The notes beneath the pieces were generated by a model. It was not told where the DNA came from. It searched no databases and saw only the letters and a list, made by a program, of their open reading frames with translations. Made by a program: the position numbers and the translations under genes. Shown here one piece after another: positions 8,925 to 18,167 of a stretch of 32,712 bases of DNA (position 1 is its first letter; each line of letters begins with the position of its first letter). The stretch is taken from contig JBIOXB010000120.1 of the NCBI GenBank assembly GCA_044869275.1, positions 1 to 32,712 of the forward strand. The letters are read 5' to 3'. This stretch comes from a bacterium (GTDB lineage Bacteria; Zhuqueibacterota; Zhuqueibacteria; Zhuqueibacterales; Zhuqueibacteraceae).

Positions 8925-11900
8925 TTAACCACCGCCACCTTCGTCCTCACTGCGCCGCTGTTGGTCTTGAGCACGGCGACATAAACGCCGTTCAATACTT
9001 TGCGGCCACTGCCATTCAAGCCGTCCCAAGTGATGCCGGGCAAAGTGAGTGAGCCGCCACGTGCGCCGTGACTGCCCTGCCGGCCCTCCGGATCCGTGGG
9101 CAGGTATCTCGTTTTCCAGACCAGCTCGCCCAGCATGGTGTAAACCTCCAGAGCAACCTCCGAGTCTTTGGGCAGGAAATAAACGAACTGGGTTCCGGCG
9201 TCCGGCAACGGCCCGGCGCTCATGGGGTTGGGATAATTGAAAAAATTGTTGAATGAAGCGTCGACCAGCACCGCAAGGCTTGAAACGACTTTAAAATTCG
9301 AACCGGTGCGCCCGGCGGCATCGACCACGGTGACGAGCGAATCCGAATCCTGGTCACGCGCCACGACGTCGTTGCTGTGCTGAAAGCCAAGGCTGAACGC
9401 GCTCACCGAGTCGGTATCGGCCAAATCCGCCATCAAAGTCACGACATGAGAGGCGGTAAAACCTGGGCCCGAGAGGGGCAAGACCACGGGATTACCGGTT
9501 TGAAAAGACGTCAAATCCACGCTGCCGTATATCTGTGTGGGATCATCCGCCTTCACCAACCGCAACGCGCGCAACAGTGCACGCGGTGAAATATTGTTGC
9601 CGCTTTGATCCTTGACGTACACGTACATTTTTTCCAGCAGAATCATGTTGGCATTATCGCTTGCCCCCGTATTTTGCAGCTCCAGGTCGAGCACCGGCAG
9701 GCTGTTTTGCCCGCGCGCCACCGGTGACTGGCGATTGGTGTTTACCGCGTTGACAATCAAGCGTGTCTCTTGCACGATGACGTTGAATTGTGTACGCAGG
9801 GTATTGAAGCCCGCCGCTTGGTTGGTATTTTCGTCATTGGCCCGATCTTGCAGTTGCAAGACAAACTCTGCGCCGGTGGGATTGGGTGATTTGCGGTTCG
9901 GCGCCACCACCCACCACGAGGCACGGCGCTGCTTGCCCGCCGCGGCGCTGCTCTTGATCAAAGTCGTATCGACACGGCGATCCAGAGTATAGCCTTCCGG
10001 CAGAATCAGCAGAATGCTGTCCGGTCCTACGGCTTGGGCGTCTCCAAGATTGTTCAAAACCGCCGAGACTTCGAAGCTCTGTCCGGTGCTCACCACGCGA
10101 TCGCGCGCGGCAGCGGGCGCCGTCACTTCTCCGCTGAAGACAAAATCGGCGCGGCGCACGAATTTCAGCGCGACGGAATCGACCGCGGCAGGCAAGGCAT
10201 AATCCGGATTGCTGGCATCTGTGGCCATCACCTCCACGCGAAAGACCGCGCGCTCAAAAGCTTGCGAGGCCGCTCTGACCTTCCAGTAGGCAATTCTGCC
10301 GGTTTCGGCGTTGGGATCGGTGAAGATCACTTCCAAATCATCGTCCAAGGGTTCCGGCAGGAAACCCAGACCGGGAGGCAAAATCAGTTTTGCTTTCACC
10401 GGCGCGGCGCGCAGCCACGCCACGTTGGCGCTGAGCGTGAAGATTTGCTCCGTGCTCAAAGTGCTGTCCTTTGCACCCTCAGGCTCGAACACTTGTACGT
10501 CGCTCACCGCGAGGGAGCCATGATCTTCGGTGCTGACGTCGAAATTCACCACGCGCAGCAAGATGCTGGGCTCGGCATCCGTGTTTTCGTCCTTTGGAAG
10601 CCGGGTGACGGTGAAACGCAGTTGCTGGCCAAGGGATACCGTATCCGGCGCGCGCGCGCTCCAAATCACTTCGCCGGTATAAGCATCTGGCGGAATCACC
10701 AGCGTTTGCTCCAGTGGCTCGATCACGGTGATGCCGGTGTTGCCCAGGTCCAGGCTCACGCTCGCCGTGTCATAGGTTTGGGCTGCGCCACCGTTGCTCA
10801 ATTTCGCGCTGATTTTGAAATTCTGCCCGAGGGCCAGTCTGCCGCCCGCCGCGCCCGGCGGATCGATGAAGGCCGGTATCAAAGTCAGGCTCGCGCGCGA
10901 TTCTGCTTGCACCAGTGTGGACAGACTCGACGGCGGCAAAGGCTGGCCGCCGGAATCCCGGCCGGAAACCAAAACCTTCAGCTCCACCTGCCCATCGGCG
11001 CTGCTCGGCGCGCGCACCTGCCATGCCACGGAGTCTCCGGCCACGGTTTTCTCCGCCGAGTCGCCCGGCGTGAGACGGTAGCCGCCCGCCAGCTCGAGTT
11101 TTGCCGTCGCGGTCGCCACGTTCGCGCTGCGGTTCAATTTGGCAACGACTAGAAAAGTTTGTTCCGTGGATACCACGTTGTCGCGCGCGCCTTCGGGCCC
11201 GCCAATGAACACGCTGCGCACGGAGAGCGCCGAAGAGCTCACGCCCACCACCAAATTGGCAGGATTGCTGTTGACCACTTGCGCCGGCGCGCCGCTGTTG
11301 CGATCGCGCGGGATGGGAGACATCGTGATTTGAAATACGTCACCCTCCGAGGTCTGATCCGGCGCAGTCGCCTGCCAGACTACGGTTGTGCCTTGTGAAA
11401 ACGATTTGGGAACATTATTGCTGACAGTGTATCCCGTAGCCGGAACCGCGGAAATGCGCAACTGGCCATTGTCGGCATAGGGTGCGCCGCCGCGATTCAG
11501 CACGCGTGCGCGAATCTCGAAATCCTGGCCCAAGGTCAATTGATTGTCCGGCGCGCTGGTTTCGACTTGAATTTCGAGCTGCGCCGGCCTTTGTACCTGC
11601 ACTTTCACCGAGTCATTGTTGATCGGCCGGCCGATATTTCCCGCCGTAGTCAGGGTGCGCACCGAGTCGATGCGCACTTTGAAAACCTCAAAATCGCCGT
11701 TCAAGCTTGGAGTATTGGCGGCACGAATTGTAAAAGCTCCCTCCCGCACGCTTTGCGTGGGGATGTTTCGAATCGTATCCTGCGCCGTAACGATTTCTGT
11801 GCCGCCGTTCACGGAAGTTTTTTCGATGGAAACCGCGGCCCATTCCACATCTTCAAAACCGAGATTTTGCACGCCGACTTTGATGAGGAATTCCTGATTC

Positions 11901-14900
11901 GTATTCACGAAGCCGATAATGCCGTTCGTGTTGGCGCCTTCGGCAAAGCCCGCACTCACAATGGAGGCGACGGTCTGGGTGAGAACTAGAACGATTTTCT
12001 GGCCCTCGGCGGGGAGCAGGCGCAAATCGTTCACATCCCGGCCGTCCACATTCACACTCACCGACAATTCTCCGCCCTGGCTGCCGGTCCTATCCACAAC
12101 GTAAATCAAAGTATCGATGCTGCCGCTACGCAGGCGCAGGCTGCCACTTTGCGAAAATCCGGCAGGCTTGTTGATGAAATAGTCCGTCGCAGGCGCGCCG
12201 CTGATGGAGAGATTCAAATCTGGAATCGAGTCCAGCACCACGTCCGCGGCATTGTCAGCCGCGCGCAACGCCACAAAAACTCTCCAGTCCGCGGTTTGCA
12301 GCGCCGCCACCGCATCCTGGGACAAGTCCGTAGTGACCTCGAGCTGTTCCAAAGAGGCCGGATTGTTGACGTAAAGCTGGGCCGTGTTGTCCACGTCCCC
12401 GAGCAGCATGGCTTCAGCCTTAGTATTACTCGCGACTGAGGAATCGATGAACGCCGTAAACGTTTCGCCGGCCAGGTTTCTCACCGCAGCCGCGGTGAGA
12501 TCGAACACGGCAGAATCGCCCACGGCTGCCACGACGTTATTCGCAATATCGGAACTGCCATCACCAGCCAGTCGTACCCATACCCTGTCAAGCCCCTCTT
12601 CGCCGCGATTCTGGTATTTGACTCGAACTTGAAAAGGCTGGCCCGTATTGACGCTGTCGCCATTGAAAACTTGCGCCAATTTCGTTTCGATGATCCCGAT
12701 CTGCGCAGGTGTTTGCACCGTCACGCTCGTGTCTCTGGCATTCGTGCTGAATAAGCGGTCGCTATTGACCTCCATGACGTCAAGAATGCCTGAGACAATT
12801 TTCTCGCCGGTGCTCTGGCCGGACTGGTCCACGGTGAACATCAGAGAACGAGTGCTGCCGCCTTGAATGATGTCGCGTGGCAGCCCGTCGACCAGTGCCG
12901 TGTCCGGGATCACGCCGTCCTCCGGGAAATCCCCGATGGCAACCAGAGGCGGCGAATCACGGAACAACACCTGCACCTCGCTGCCGCCGGTATTGGTGAT
13001 ATTCATCATCACTCGCCAATCTTGCGTTTGATTTTGGGTGACGAATGGCTGCGAGGGCGCCAGAGTGAGGTTCAATGCGGCCGGCGTCTGCACGACAAAA
13101 CGGCCTTGTGTTCCCGGCGAATTGGCCACATGGAATTCGCTTTCATTTTCTGCGTTCGTGGTGCGTACAACAGCGACAATGGCAGCCGTGCCGATGAGAT
13201 TTCCGGTTCTTATGACCTTGAATTTCAGCGAATCGGTACTATTGGCAGCCATGGTCACAAATCCGCCGCCGGTCGAAAACGCAGTAGGCTCTTGAATGTC
13301 ATAATCGTCCGGTTGCCCGTTGACAACGATCTGCTCAATATTGGCGGAATGGAACCTCAATGCGAAACTGTTATTGTTGCGCACCGCCACATCAATGAAC
13401 CACTCCTTAACCATGTTCTGCGTAACGGTAGCCTGGCTGGGAGTAATACTCAAGATTTCGAAGGGCGCTCCTTCTCCCACTTGCACAGGTTCGACGAGGA
13501 ACGAATTCTCGAGAAATGGCGCGCCATTGTGTGTGCCGGCAATGACGATATTCGGTTGATATGAAGTCTGCGGAAATTCGTTTGGTATATTCGTGGATTG
13601 AAAAGTGATCGTGGTGTCGCCCGACATGATCGTACGCACACTGTTTGCGTCCAGCTTGGCGATATACGAGTTGGTGCCCGCATCCAGACGGAGAGAAGTA
13701 GCGTCCGGGTTCAAGAGTAGCGGGGCATTGCCGGCGTTATGCACGCGCAGGCTGAAGCGATAGGAACTACCCACACTGACGTTCTGCGGGCTCAAAGTGC
13801 CGGCAATATAACTGAGCGCCGGCGCCTGTTGCACAAAAATGGAATCGATTTGGTCGGCGCCAGTATCGCCGATATCGTTCGGGATGAGAACCTCTGCCAG
13901 CGCCGTGCCGTCAATGATAAATCCTCCTCCGTTCTTATCGGCGGCATACGCAATGTTGAACAGAACATTGAGCGTTTGGAAATTGCCTGGAACGAGGGTG
14001 CCCGCGGCAGGAGAAATTCGCGTCACAACAAAATCCGGCGAGGCCCCGAAGGGCGAGATGACGTCAAAAGACAAATTCGCTTCGGAGAATTTGATCGGAT
14101 CCCGGCCGACGTTCTGCAGCACCATGGTGACGGGAATATTCGCCTGCCCCGTGGACATGGTATCGCGGCCGGCTTGAATGCTCAGAATGCGCAATTGATT
14201 GATGCTGAGGGAAATGCTGCCGCTGGCCGCGCCGCTGCTGCCGCCGGTCACGGAAATCGTCGCCGTGCCGCCGTTGCGGCCGGCTTGGAAGATGAAGGAA
14301 ATATTGCTTGTGAGATTGGTCTTCACTTGCAAGCCCGGCAGGGTAATATCCTGATCTGCGGAAATGATTTTGCCCAGGCTGGTGTCGTTTACGGCCACTG
14401 TCAACAGCTTGTTCGCGCCGACTGGGTTGCCCTGCTTGTCTTTAATCGATTGCGAAGTGGAAACTCTCGTGGTGTCATTGTTATTAGCTGGCAGCTTAGA
14501 TTTTGTAGCGTGCAAAAAAATATCGCCGTAAGGCTCGCCGCTGGACTCTATCGTGAAAGGAGGGGATAAGCCCGGGCCATCCTTGGTATTGTTAAGACTG
14601 CTTTGCGTTTCCACGCTCAATTGAAAGTTGCTTCCGGGTGTGGTGGTATTGGTTACCAGCGAAAAAAAGACTCCGACTTGGCCGCCAGGCGGCACCGTCG
14701 TGCCGGAGTCGTCCCGCTTTAATTTCAAATCGCGGCCGGAATTGCTTTCAACTTGCAGTCCACCCGTCGCTCCTAACTCGAACGAAGCAACGCTGACCCC
14801 CGAGAGATCAAAATCAAAGCCGGTGGGGAATTTGATCAAAATTTTATCCGTCAGTGCAAGACCGGAAGACGCGGTAAAGCGCACACGATAGGTCGCCGGC

Positions 14901-15097
14901 TTGCCGGCGGTTTTCGGAGCCGGGAGGACAGAGTTGACGATAACGGCTTGCGCGCCGGCGATTTGCGGCAAAAACCAGGCAGAAAATATTCCGGCCAGCA
15001 TGGGCTGGCGCCACTTCTTATGAAAAAAAATCGCTCGCCTTTTTTTCTCGTCACAGCCCTTCTGCCAAAACCAATGCCCAATGGAAGACTTCATCAT
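8921..15097 (-). CDS. Giant secreted Ig-like repeat protein with FlgD-Ig/T9SS-type C-terminal sorting domain
   Basis: ~2060-aa ORF with a signal-like segment ending ...AGAQ. About 13 repeats of 'VSTGQ.F.V...(L/V).N.G'. C-terminus FFNYPNP...WDGLNGSG..VLNGVY...KVAVVK. Start uncertain (15103/15097/15094/15001). Confidence 0.88.
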   Translation of the reverse strand: MMKSSIGHWFWQKGCDEKKRRAIFFHKKWRQPMLAGIFSAWFLPQIAGAQAVIVNSVLPAPKTAGKPATYRVRFTASSGLALTDKILIKFPTGFDFDLSGVSVASFELGATGGLQVESNSGRDLKLKRDDSGTTVPPGGQVGVFFSLVTNTTTPGSNFQLSVETQSSLNNTKDGPGLSPPFTIESSGEPYGDIFLHATKSKLPANNNDTTRVSTSQSIKDKQGNPVGANKLLTVAVNDTSLGKIISADQDITLPGLQVKTNLTSNISFIFQAGRNGGTATISVTGGSSGAASGSISLSINQLRILSIQAGRDTMSTGQANIPVTMVLQNVGRDPIKFSEANLSFDVISPFGASPDFVVTRISPAAGTLVPGNFQTLNVLFNIAYAADKNGGGFIIDGTALAEVLIPNDIGDTGADQIDSIFVQQAPALSYIAGTLSPQNVSVGSSYRFSLRVHNAGNAPLLLNPDATSLRLDAGTNSYIAKLDANSVRTIMSGDTTITFQSTNIPNEFPQTSYQPNIVIAGTHNGAPFLENSFLVEPVQVGEGAPFEILSITPSQATVTQNMVKEWFIDVAVRNNNSFALRFHSANIEQIVVNGQPDDYDIQEPTAFSTGGGFVTMAANSTDSLKFKVIRTGNLIGTAAIVAVVRTTNAENESEFHVANSPGTQGRFVVQTPAALNLTLAPSQPFVTQNQTQDWRVMMNITNTGGSEVQVLFRDSPPLVAIGDFPEDGVIPDTALVDGLPRDIIQGGSTRSLMFTVDQSGQSTGEKIVSGILDVMEVNSDRLFSTNARDTSVTVQTPAQIGIIETKLAQVFNGDSVNTGQPFQVRVKYQNRGEEGLDRVWVRLAGDGSSDIANNVVAAVGDSAVFDLTAAAVRNLAGETFTAFIDSSVASNTKAEAMLLGDVDNTAQLYVNNPASLEQLEVTTDLSQDAVAALQTADWRVFVALRAADNAADVVLDSIPDLNLSISGAPATDYFINKPAGFSQSGSLRLRSGSIDTLIYVVDRTGSQGGELSVSVNVDGRDVNDLRLLPAEGQKIVLVLTQTVASIVSAGFAEGANTNGIIGFVNTNQEFLIKVGVQNLGFEDVEWAAVSIEKTSVNGGTEIVTAQDTIRNIPTQSVREGAFTIRAANTPSLNGDFEVFKVRIDSVRTLTTAGNIGRPINNDSVKVQVQRPAQLEIQVETSAPDNQLTLGQDFEIRARVLNRGGAPYADNGQLRISAVPATGYTVSNNVPKSFSQGTTVVWQATAPDQTSEGDVFQITMSPIPRDRNSGAPAQVVNSNPANLVVGVSSSALSVRSVFIGGPEGARDNVVSTEQTFLVVAKLNRSANVATATAKLELAGGYRLTPGDSAEKTVAGDSVAWQVRAPSSADGQVELKVLVSGRDSGGQPLPPSSLSTLVQAESRASLTLIPAFIDPPGAAGGRLALGQNFKISAKLSNGGAAQTYDTASVSLDLGNTGITVIEPLEQTLVIPPDAYTGEVIWSARAPDTVSLGQQLRFTVTRLPKDENTDAEPSILLRVVNFDVSTEDHGSLAVSDVQVFEPEGAKDSTLSTEQIFTLSANVAWLRAAPVKAKLILPPGLGFLPEPLDDDLEVIFTDPNAETGRIAYWKVRAASQAFERAVFRVEVMATDASNPDYALPAAVDSVALKFVRRADFVFSGEVTAPAAARDRVVSTGQSFEVSAVLNNLGDAQAVGPDSILLILPEGYTLDRRVDTTLIKSSAAAGKQRRASWWVVAPNRKSPNPTGAEFVLQLQDRANDENTNQAAGFNTLRTQFNVIVQETRLIVNAVNTNRQSPVARGQNSLPVLDLELQNTGASDNANMILLEKMYVYVKDQSGNNISPRALLRALRLVKADDPTQIYGSVDLTSFQTGNPVVLPLSGPGFTASHVVTLMADLADTDSVSAFSLGFQHSNDVVARDQDSDSLVTVVDAAGRTGSNFKVVSSLAVLVDASFNNFFNYPNPMSAGPLPDAGTQFVYFLPKDSEVALEVYTMLGELVWKTRYLPTDPEGRQGSHGARGGSLTLPGITWDGLNGSGRKVLNGVYVAVLKTNSGAVRTKVAVVK

Positions 15098-15149
15098 TTC
15101 CAATTGCTCAATAGATGTCGTGCGAGATGAATGAAATTGTCGTCATGCA

Positions 15150-15192
15150 ATTTCAGAATTCGAATTCACGAAAGAATTACGGCCTGGGACAA
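15150..15192 (-). promoter_or_regulatory. Conserved palindromic leader box, copy A
   Basis: ATTTCAGAATTCGAATTCAC-N5-AATTAYGGCCKGGGAYAA, shared with 16396-16438. Core palindrome GAATTCGAATTC. Confidence 0.6.
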
Positions 15193-15361
15193 TCTCCGCT
15201 TCAGGCTGGAACAATCGGCCTCTTTTCGTGAGGCCATGCGCAATCTGTTGCGGGCATCATGTAAAGACAATGCGGCCAAATTAATGCACTTGGCCGTCGC
15301 GATGATGCAGCACAATGAATTCGAGTGTTTCGCCCCAAACAATCCGCGCTCGGCATAAGAA

Positions 15362-15378
15362 GTACAAAGTTCATACCA
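15362..15378 (-). promoter_or_regulatory. sigma54-like promoter, copy A
   Basis: Minus strand TGGTATGAACTTTGTAC (GG-N10-GT; the consensus has GC). Identical to 16608-16624. Confidence 0.55.
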
Positions 15379-15540
15379 GCGCAGAATGCGTTGCTGTCAT
15401 AAATTACGCCTCGCGTCATGCGTAAGGCCTAAAACGTGATGCGTAAAAAAAATTTTCGTTTTTTTGGTAGGATGCCAACACTACAGGCTGAGTCGATGCC
15501 ACCACCAGAAAATGCCATTCAGCCTGCGTTGAAACCAAGT

Positions 15541-15567
15541 GTTTTCATACAGGCTGATTCCTTCTGA
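15541..15567 (-). promoter_or_regulatory. Upstream conserved box (candidate enhancer), copy A
   Basis: GTTTTCATACAGGCTGATTCCTTCTGA, 23/27 identical to 16686-16712. Confidence 0.5.
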
Positions 15568-15659
15568 ATGACAGTTCAGGAAGTGGGTAGGAAAATTAAG
15601 GTGACAGAATAGTAGTGTTAGGCCAAGATTACGAATGCAACGGAGATTGATAGCATCCA

Positions 15660-15714
15660 CAAACAAAAAGGCCATGGCCGCCTTCGAAAAATCCCGAAAG
15701 CGCCTATGGCCTTT
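15660..15714 (-). terminator. Probable intrinsic terminator downstream of the 163-aa gene
   Basis: Minus strand AAAGGCCAT...ATGGCCTTT stem followed by TTGTTTG. Confidence 0.55.
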
Positions 15715-15823
15715 CAATGCAACCGTACGCCTAACGTTTTACGGTTGAGGTTTTATGTTTTGCCTCCGCTCCTGCACGGCCTTTTCGCTCACCACAGCTC
15801 TTCTGAATGACCTCGTTGATTCC

Positions 15824-16315
15824 TTACTTTTGCGCTGGGCCACGCTGAAACTCGATTTTGGTTTTTTGCATCACCGGCAGGGCCGCGGAAAGCGCCGGCC
15901 TCACTTGCACGTTGATTTGATAATCGCCTTCCAGATTGCCAGGGTTCATGATCGCGCCCAGGCGCAAGCGCACCGGAGTGTTGGCGGCCACGCGCACACC
16001 AGCGCCCGAGCGTTGCGCGCGCACGCGTTGCTCCTCGCGCGTGAGCATGAATCCGCCGGTCATGTCCGGCGAGCCGGCGACCATCAGCGTGGTCAGATCA
16101 AAATCTGACGGAAACTCCAGCACAAATTCGGCGTCCGCTTCCAGGACCTGCGGCGAGGTGATCGTGACTTCGTACACCGAGGGCTGATTCGCTTCCGCAC
16201 GCAAGGCTTGCAAGCGGAATGAAGGAACCGGTGCAGTCTGCGCGAAAGCCGAGGCCGAAAAAGCGAGCAACAATCCTGAGAGCAGGAGGCGCGTGCTTGA
16301 AAATTTCGAAACCAT
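15824..16315 (-). CDS. Secreted single-domain beta protein, paralogous to the N-terminal domain of the giant protein
   Basis: Sec signal peptide (..ASAFA|Q) and GGAG RBS. Motif-by-motif similarity to residues ~65-166 of the giant ORF. Confidence 0.82.
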   Translation of the reverse strand: MVSKFSSTRLLLSGLLLAFSASAFAQTAPVPSFRLQALRAEANQPSVYEVTITSPQVLEADAEFVLEFPSDFDLTTLMVAGSPDMTGGFMLTREEQRVRAQRSGAGVRVAANTPVRLRLGAIMNPGNLEGDYQINVQVRPALSAALPVMQKTKIEFQRGPAQK

Positions 16316-16395
16316 GAGGTTACTCCAATGACGTAAAAATTTTCAACGATTGCTTTGGAAGTGTATTGGTTTTGTTCTTTTGCTGTGACAGCACG

Positions 16396-16438
16396 ATTTC
16401 AGAATTCGAATTCACAATACAATTATGGCCGGGGATAA
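16396..16438 (-). promoter_or_regulatory. Conserved palindromic leader box, copy B
   Basis: First 20 bp identical to 15150-15169, with similarity continuing to 43 bp. Confidence 0.6.
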
Positions 16439-16607
16439 AACGTGCATCATCATGGCACATGCGGCCTTTTTGCACGCGCGGCATGCGTGCGGCGCGACAG
16501 CCTCATGAAAAACAACATGGCTGCGCCGCTCGCCTCGATCGTCACGTGAATGTGGCTTGGCGAATGTTAAGGCTTAGCCGTATAACCGGTCGCGCTCAAC
16601 GCGAAAT

Positions 16608-16624
16608 GTACAAAGTTCATACCA
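16608..16624 (-). promoter_or_regulatory. sigma54-like promoter, copy B
   Basis: Minus strand TGGTATGAACTTTGTAC, identical to copy A. Confidence 0.55.
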
Positions 16625-16685
16625 AAAGCTGAAACGCAGAGCGTTTCAATAGGCATCACGACGCCAAGCTTCCAAACGAGAGCTC

Positions 16686-16712
16686 GTTTTCACAGAGTCT
16701 GAATCCTTCTGA
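16686..16712 (-). promoter_or_regulatory. Upstream conserved box (candidate enhancer), copy B
   Basis: GTTTTCACAGAGTCTGAATCCTTCTGA, 23/27 identical to copy A. Confidence 0.5.
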
Positions 16713-16808
16713 CATGTAAATGACTATGCAAGAATGAACCGTGCCGAGCGTAGAGTCCGGATGAACAAATGGAAGGGGAAAGTGTGAAGAAAAACTTGCA
16801 GAAGTTGA

Positions 16809-17219
16809 TCAACGAAACATGGCTTTGATGCTGCCCCAGGTCGCGCGCGCGCCGGAGATGATGGGATTGACTTCGATGACGTTCGTGGTTGTGGCCGCGC
16901 CGTCTTTGTCCACGATTTTCAAACGATAATAGTACACCCGGCTTTCGGCTTTGAAAACGGTGTTGTCTTCGTAAACATACTCCGTTTTCGCCGTGGCGTG
17001 GCCTTTGGCATCCAGAAAATCGATTTTTTGCAGGTCGGTTTTGCTGATGCCGCGCTCGATCTCGAAGCCCTTGAGATTGATCTCGGCCTCGGCCAGCCAT
17101 TTCAAAGTGACTTTATTGCGGCTGGGCTCGGCGCGAAATTCCGACACGATCGCGCCCGCGGATAAAACCGAGGCCAGGCTGGCGCAAAACACGAGACTGT
17201 AAAACCAAAGCTTACGCAT
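16809..17219 (-). CDS. Small secreted FN3/Ig-like protein with C-terminal TWGSIK motif
   Basis: Signal peptide, then the V.LKW...E.N.KGFEIER...YVYED...YYYRLK.VDKDG pattern. Ends TWGSIKAMFR. AAGGA RBS. Confidence 0.85.
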   Translation of the reverse strand: MRKLWFYSLVFCASLASVLSAGAIVSEFRAEPSRNKVTLKWLAEAEINLKGFEIERGISKTDLQKIDFLDAKGHATAKTEYVYEDNTVFKAESRVYYYRLKIVDKDGAATTTNVIEVNPIISGARATWGSIKAMFR

Positions 17220-17252
17220 CGTATCCTTCTCGGCAACAATTCAAACCGCCTA

Positions 17253-17280
17253 AAGATACCGTTTTGCCTTTGAGAGTCAA
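17253..17280 (-). promoter_or_regulatory. sigma70-type promoter for the 136-aa gene
   Basis: Minus strand TTGACT-N16-TATCTT, ~35 nt upstream of the ATG. Confidence 0.5.
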
Positions 17281-17289
17281 GGCCTTTTT

Positions 17290-18153
17290 TCAATAGAAGA
17301 ACTTGTATCCGATCAGCTTATAGACCAGCCTCGCCGCAAAAAAATCCGAGACCACGGAATCACGCTGGGGCAGCAACTCGACCACATCGCACCCCACCAC
17401 TTCGCGCGTCGAAAAAAGGCGCCGGAGAAATCCGAGAGCGGCGTACCACCCGAAGCCGCCGGGCTCGGGCGTGCCCACGCCGGGAACTTCCCCGGGGTTG
17501 AAGAAATCGAGATCGACGGTCAAATACACATGCGGGCCGAGGATGTTGAAGACTTCATCCTGCCAGTTCGGATTCTCGAGCATTTCGTGCGCATAATAGA
17601 GTCGCGAGGGCGCTTTGAGCCTTTCGCGCTCCCCCAGAATGCCGCTGCGAATCCCCAAGCCGATCAACTTGGCGTGCTCGATCACCCGCGCCATGGCCGA
17701 AGCATGGCTGTAGGGCGTGCCGTGATAACTGTCGCGCAGATCACTATGCGCGTCGAGTTGCACGACCCATAAATCGCGATGTTTTTGCGCCGCCGCTCGC
17801 ACCAGCGGTACCGTTACCGTGTGTTCGCCGCCCAGGCCAATGACGAATTTGCCGTCGCGCAAAAGCTTTTCGCAACTTTCCTGAATTCGGGCCACCGCTT
17901 TGGGTGGAGTCATTTTGCCGAACGCCGGCGCTTTGGCCGTGACGATGCCCGCCTGGCAGGGCTCGATACTCAATTCTTCGTCGTAAAACTCCACTTGTTG
18001 CGAAGCCTTGATGATGGCCGCGGGCCCGTTTTTTGTGCCCCGGCGATAGGAAGTCGTGGCTTCATAGGGCAAGGGCAAAATCGCCGCCTGCGAGGTTTTA
18101 TAAGTGGAAAGCTCTTTGGGAAGTCCAAGAAAGTTGTTGGGGGTTGTCGCCAT
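17290..18153 (-). CDS. speB: Agmatinase (ureohydrolase family)
   Basis: GGEH, DAHSD, DLD and GVGTPEPGG motifs. ATG 18153 with AAGGA upstream avoids overlap with pyrC. Confidence 0.9.
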   Translation of the reverse strand: MATTPNNFLGLPKELSTYKTSQAAILPLPYEATTSYRRGTKNGPAAIIKASQQVEFYDEELSIEPCQAGIVTAKAPAFGKMTPPKAVARIQESCEKLLRDGKFVIGLGGEHTVTVPLVRAAAQKHRDLWVVQLDAHSDLRDSYHGTPYSHASAMARVIEHAKLIGLGIRSGILGERERLKAPSRLYYAHEMLENPNWQDEVFNILGPHVYLTVDLDFFNPGEVPGVGTPEPGGFGWYAALGFLRRLFSTREVVGCDVVELLPQRDSVVSDFFAARLVYKLIGYKFFY

Positions 18154-18167
18154 AAAGTCATTTTCCT

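Noticed and set aside
15715..15770. Possible riboswitch (GGCAAA plus hairpin) before the terminator
   Set aside because: Lacks the remaining c-di-GMP-I features and lies in the 3' region of the upstream gene.
15150..16415. CRISPR or IS-end interpretation of the 20-bp repeat
   Set aside because: Only two direct copies 1246 bp apart, with no spacers, cas genes, transposase or target duplication.
15166..16573. Paralogous leader peptides ending ...LSQAVILS* (stop 15166-15168) and ...LSPAIIVL* (stop 16412-16414)
   Set aside because: Highest identity lies after the stop codons, substitutions are not third-position biased, and there is no shared start/RBS. Better explained by non-coding conservation.
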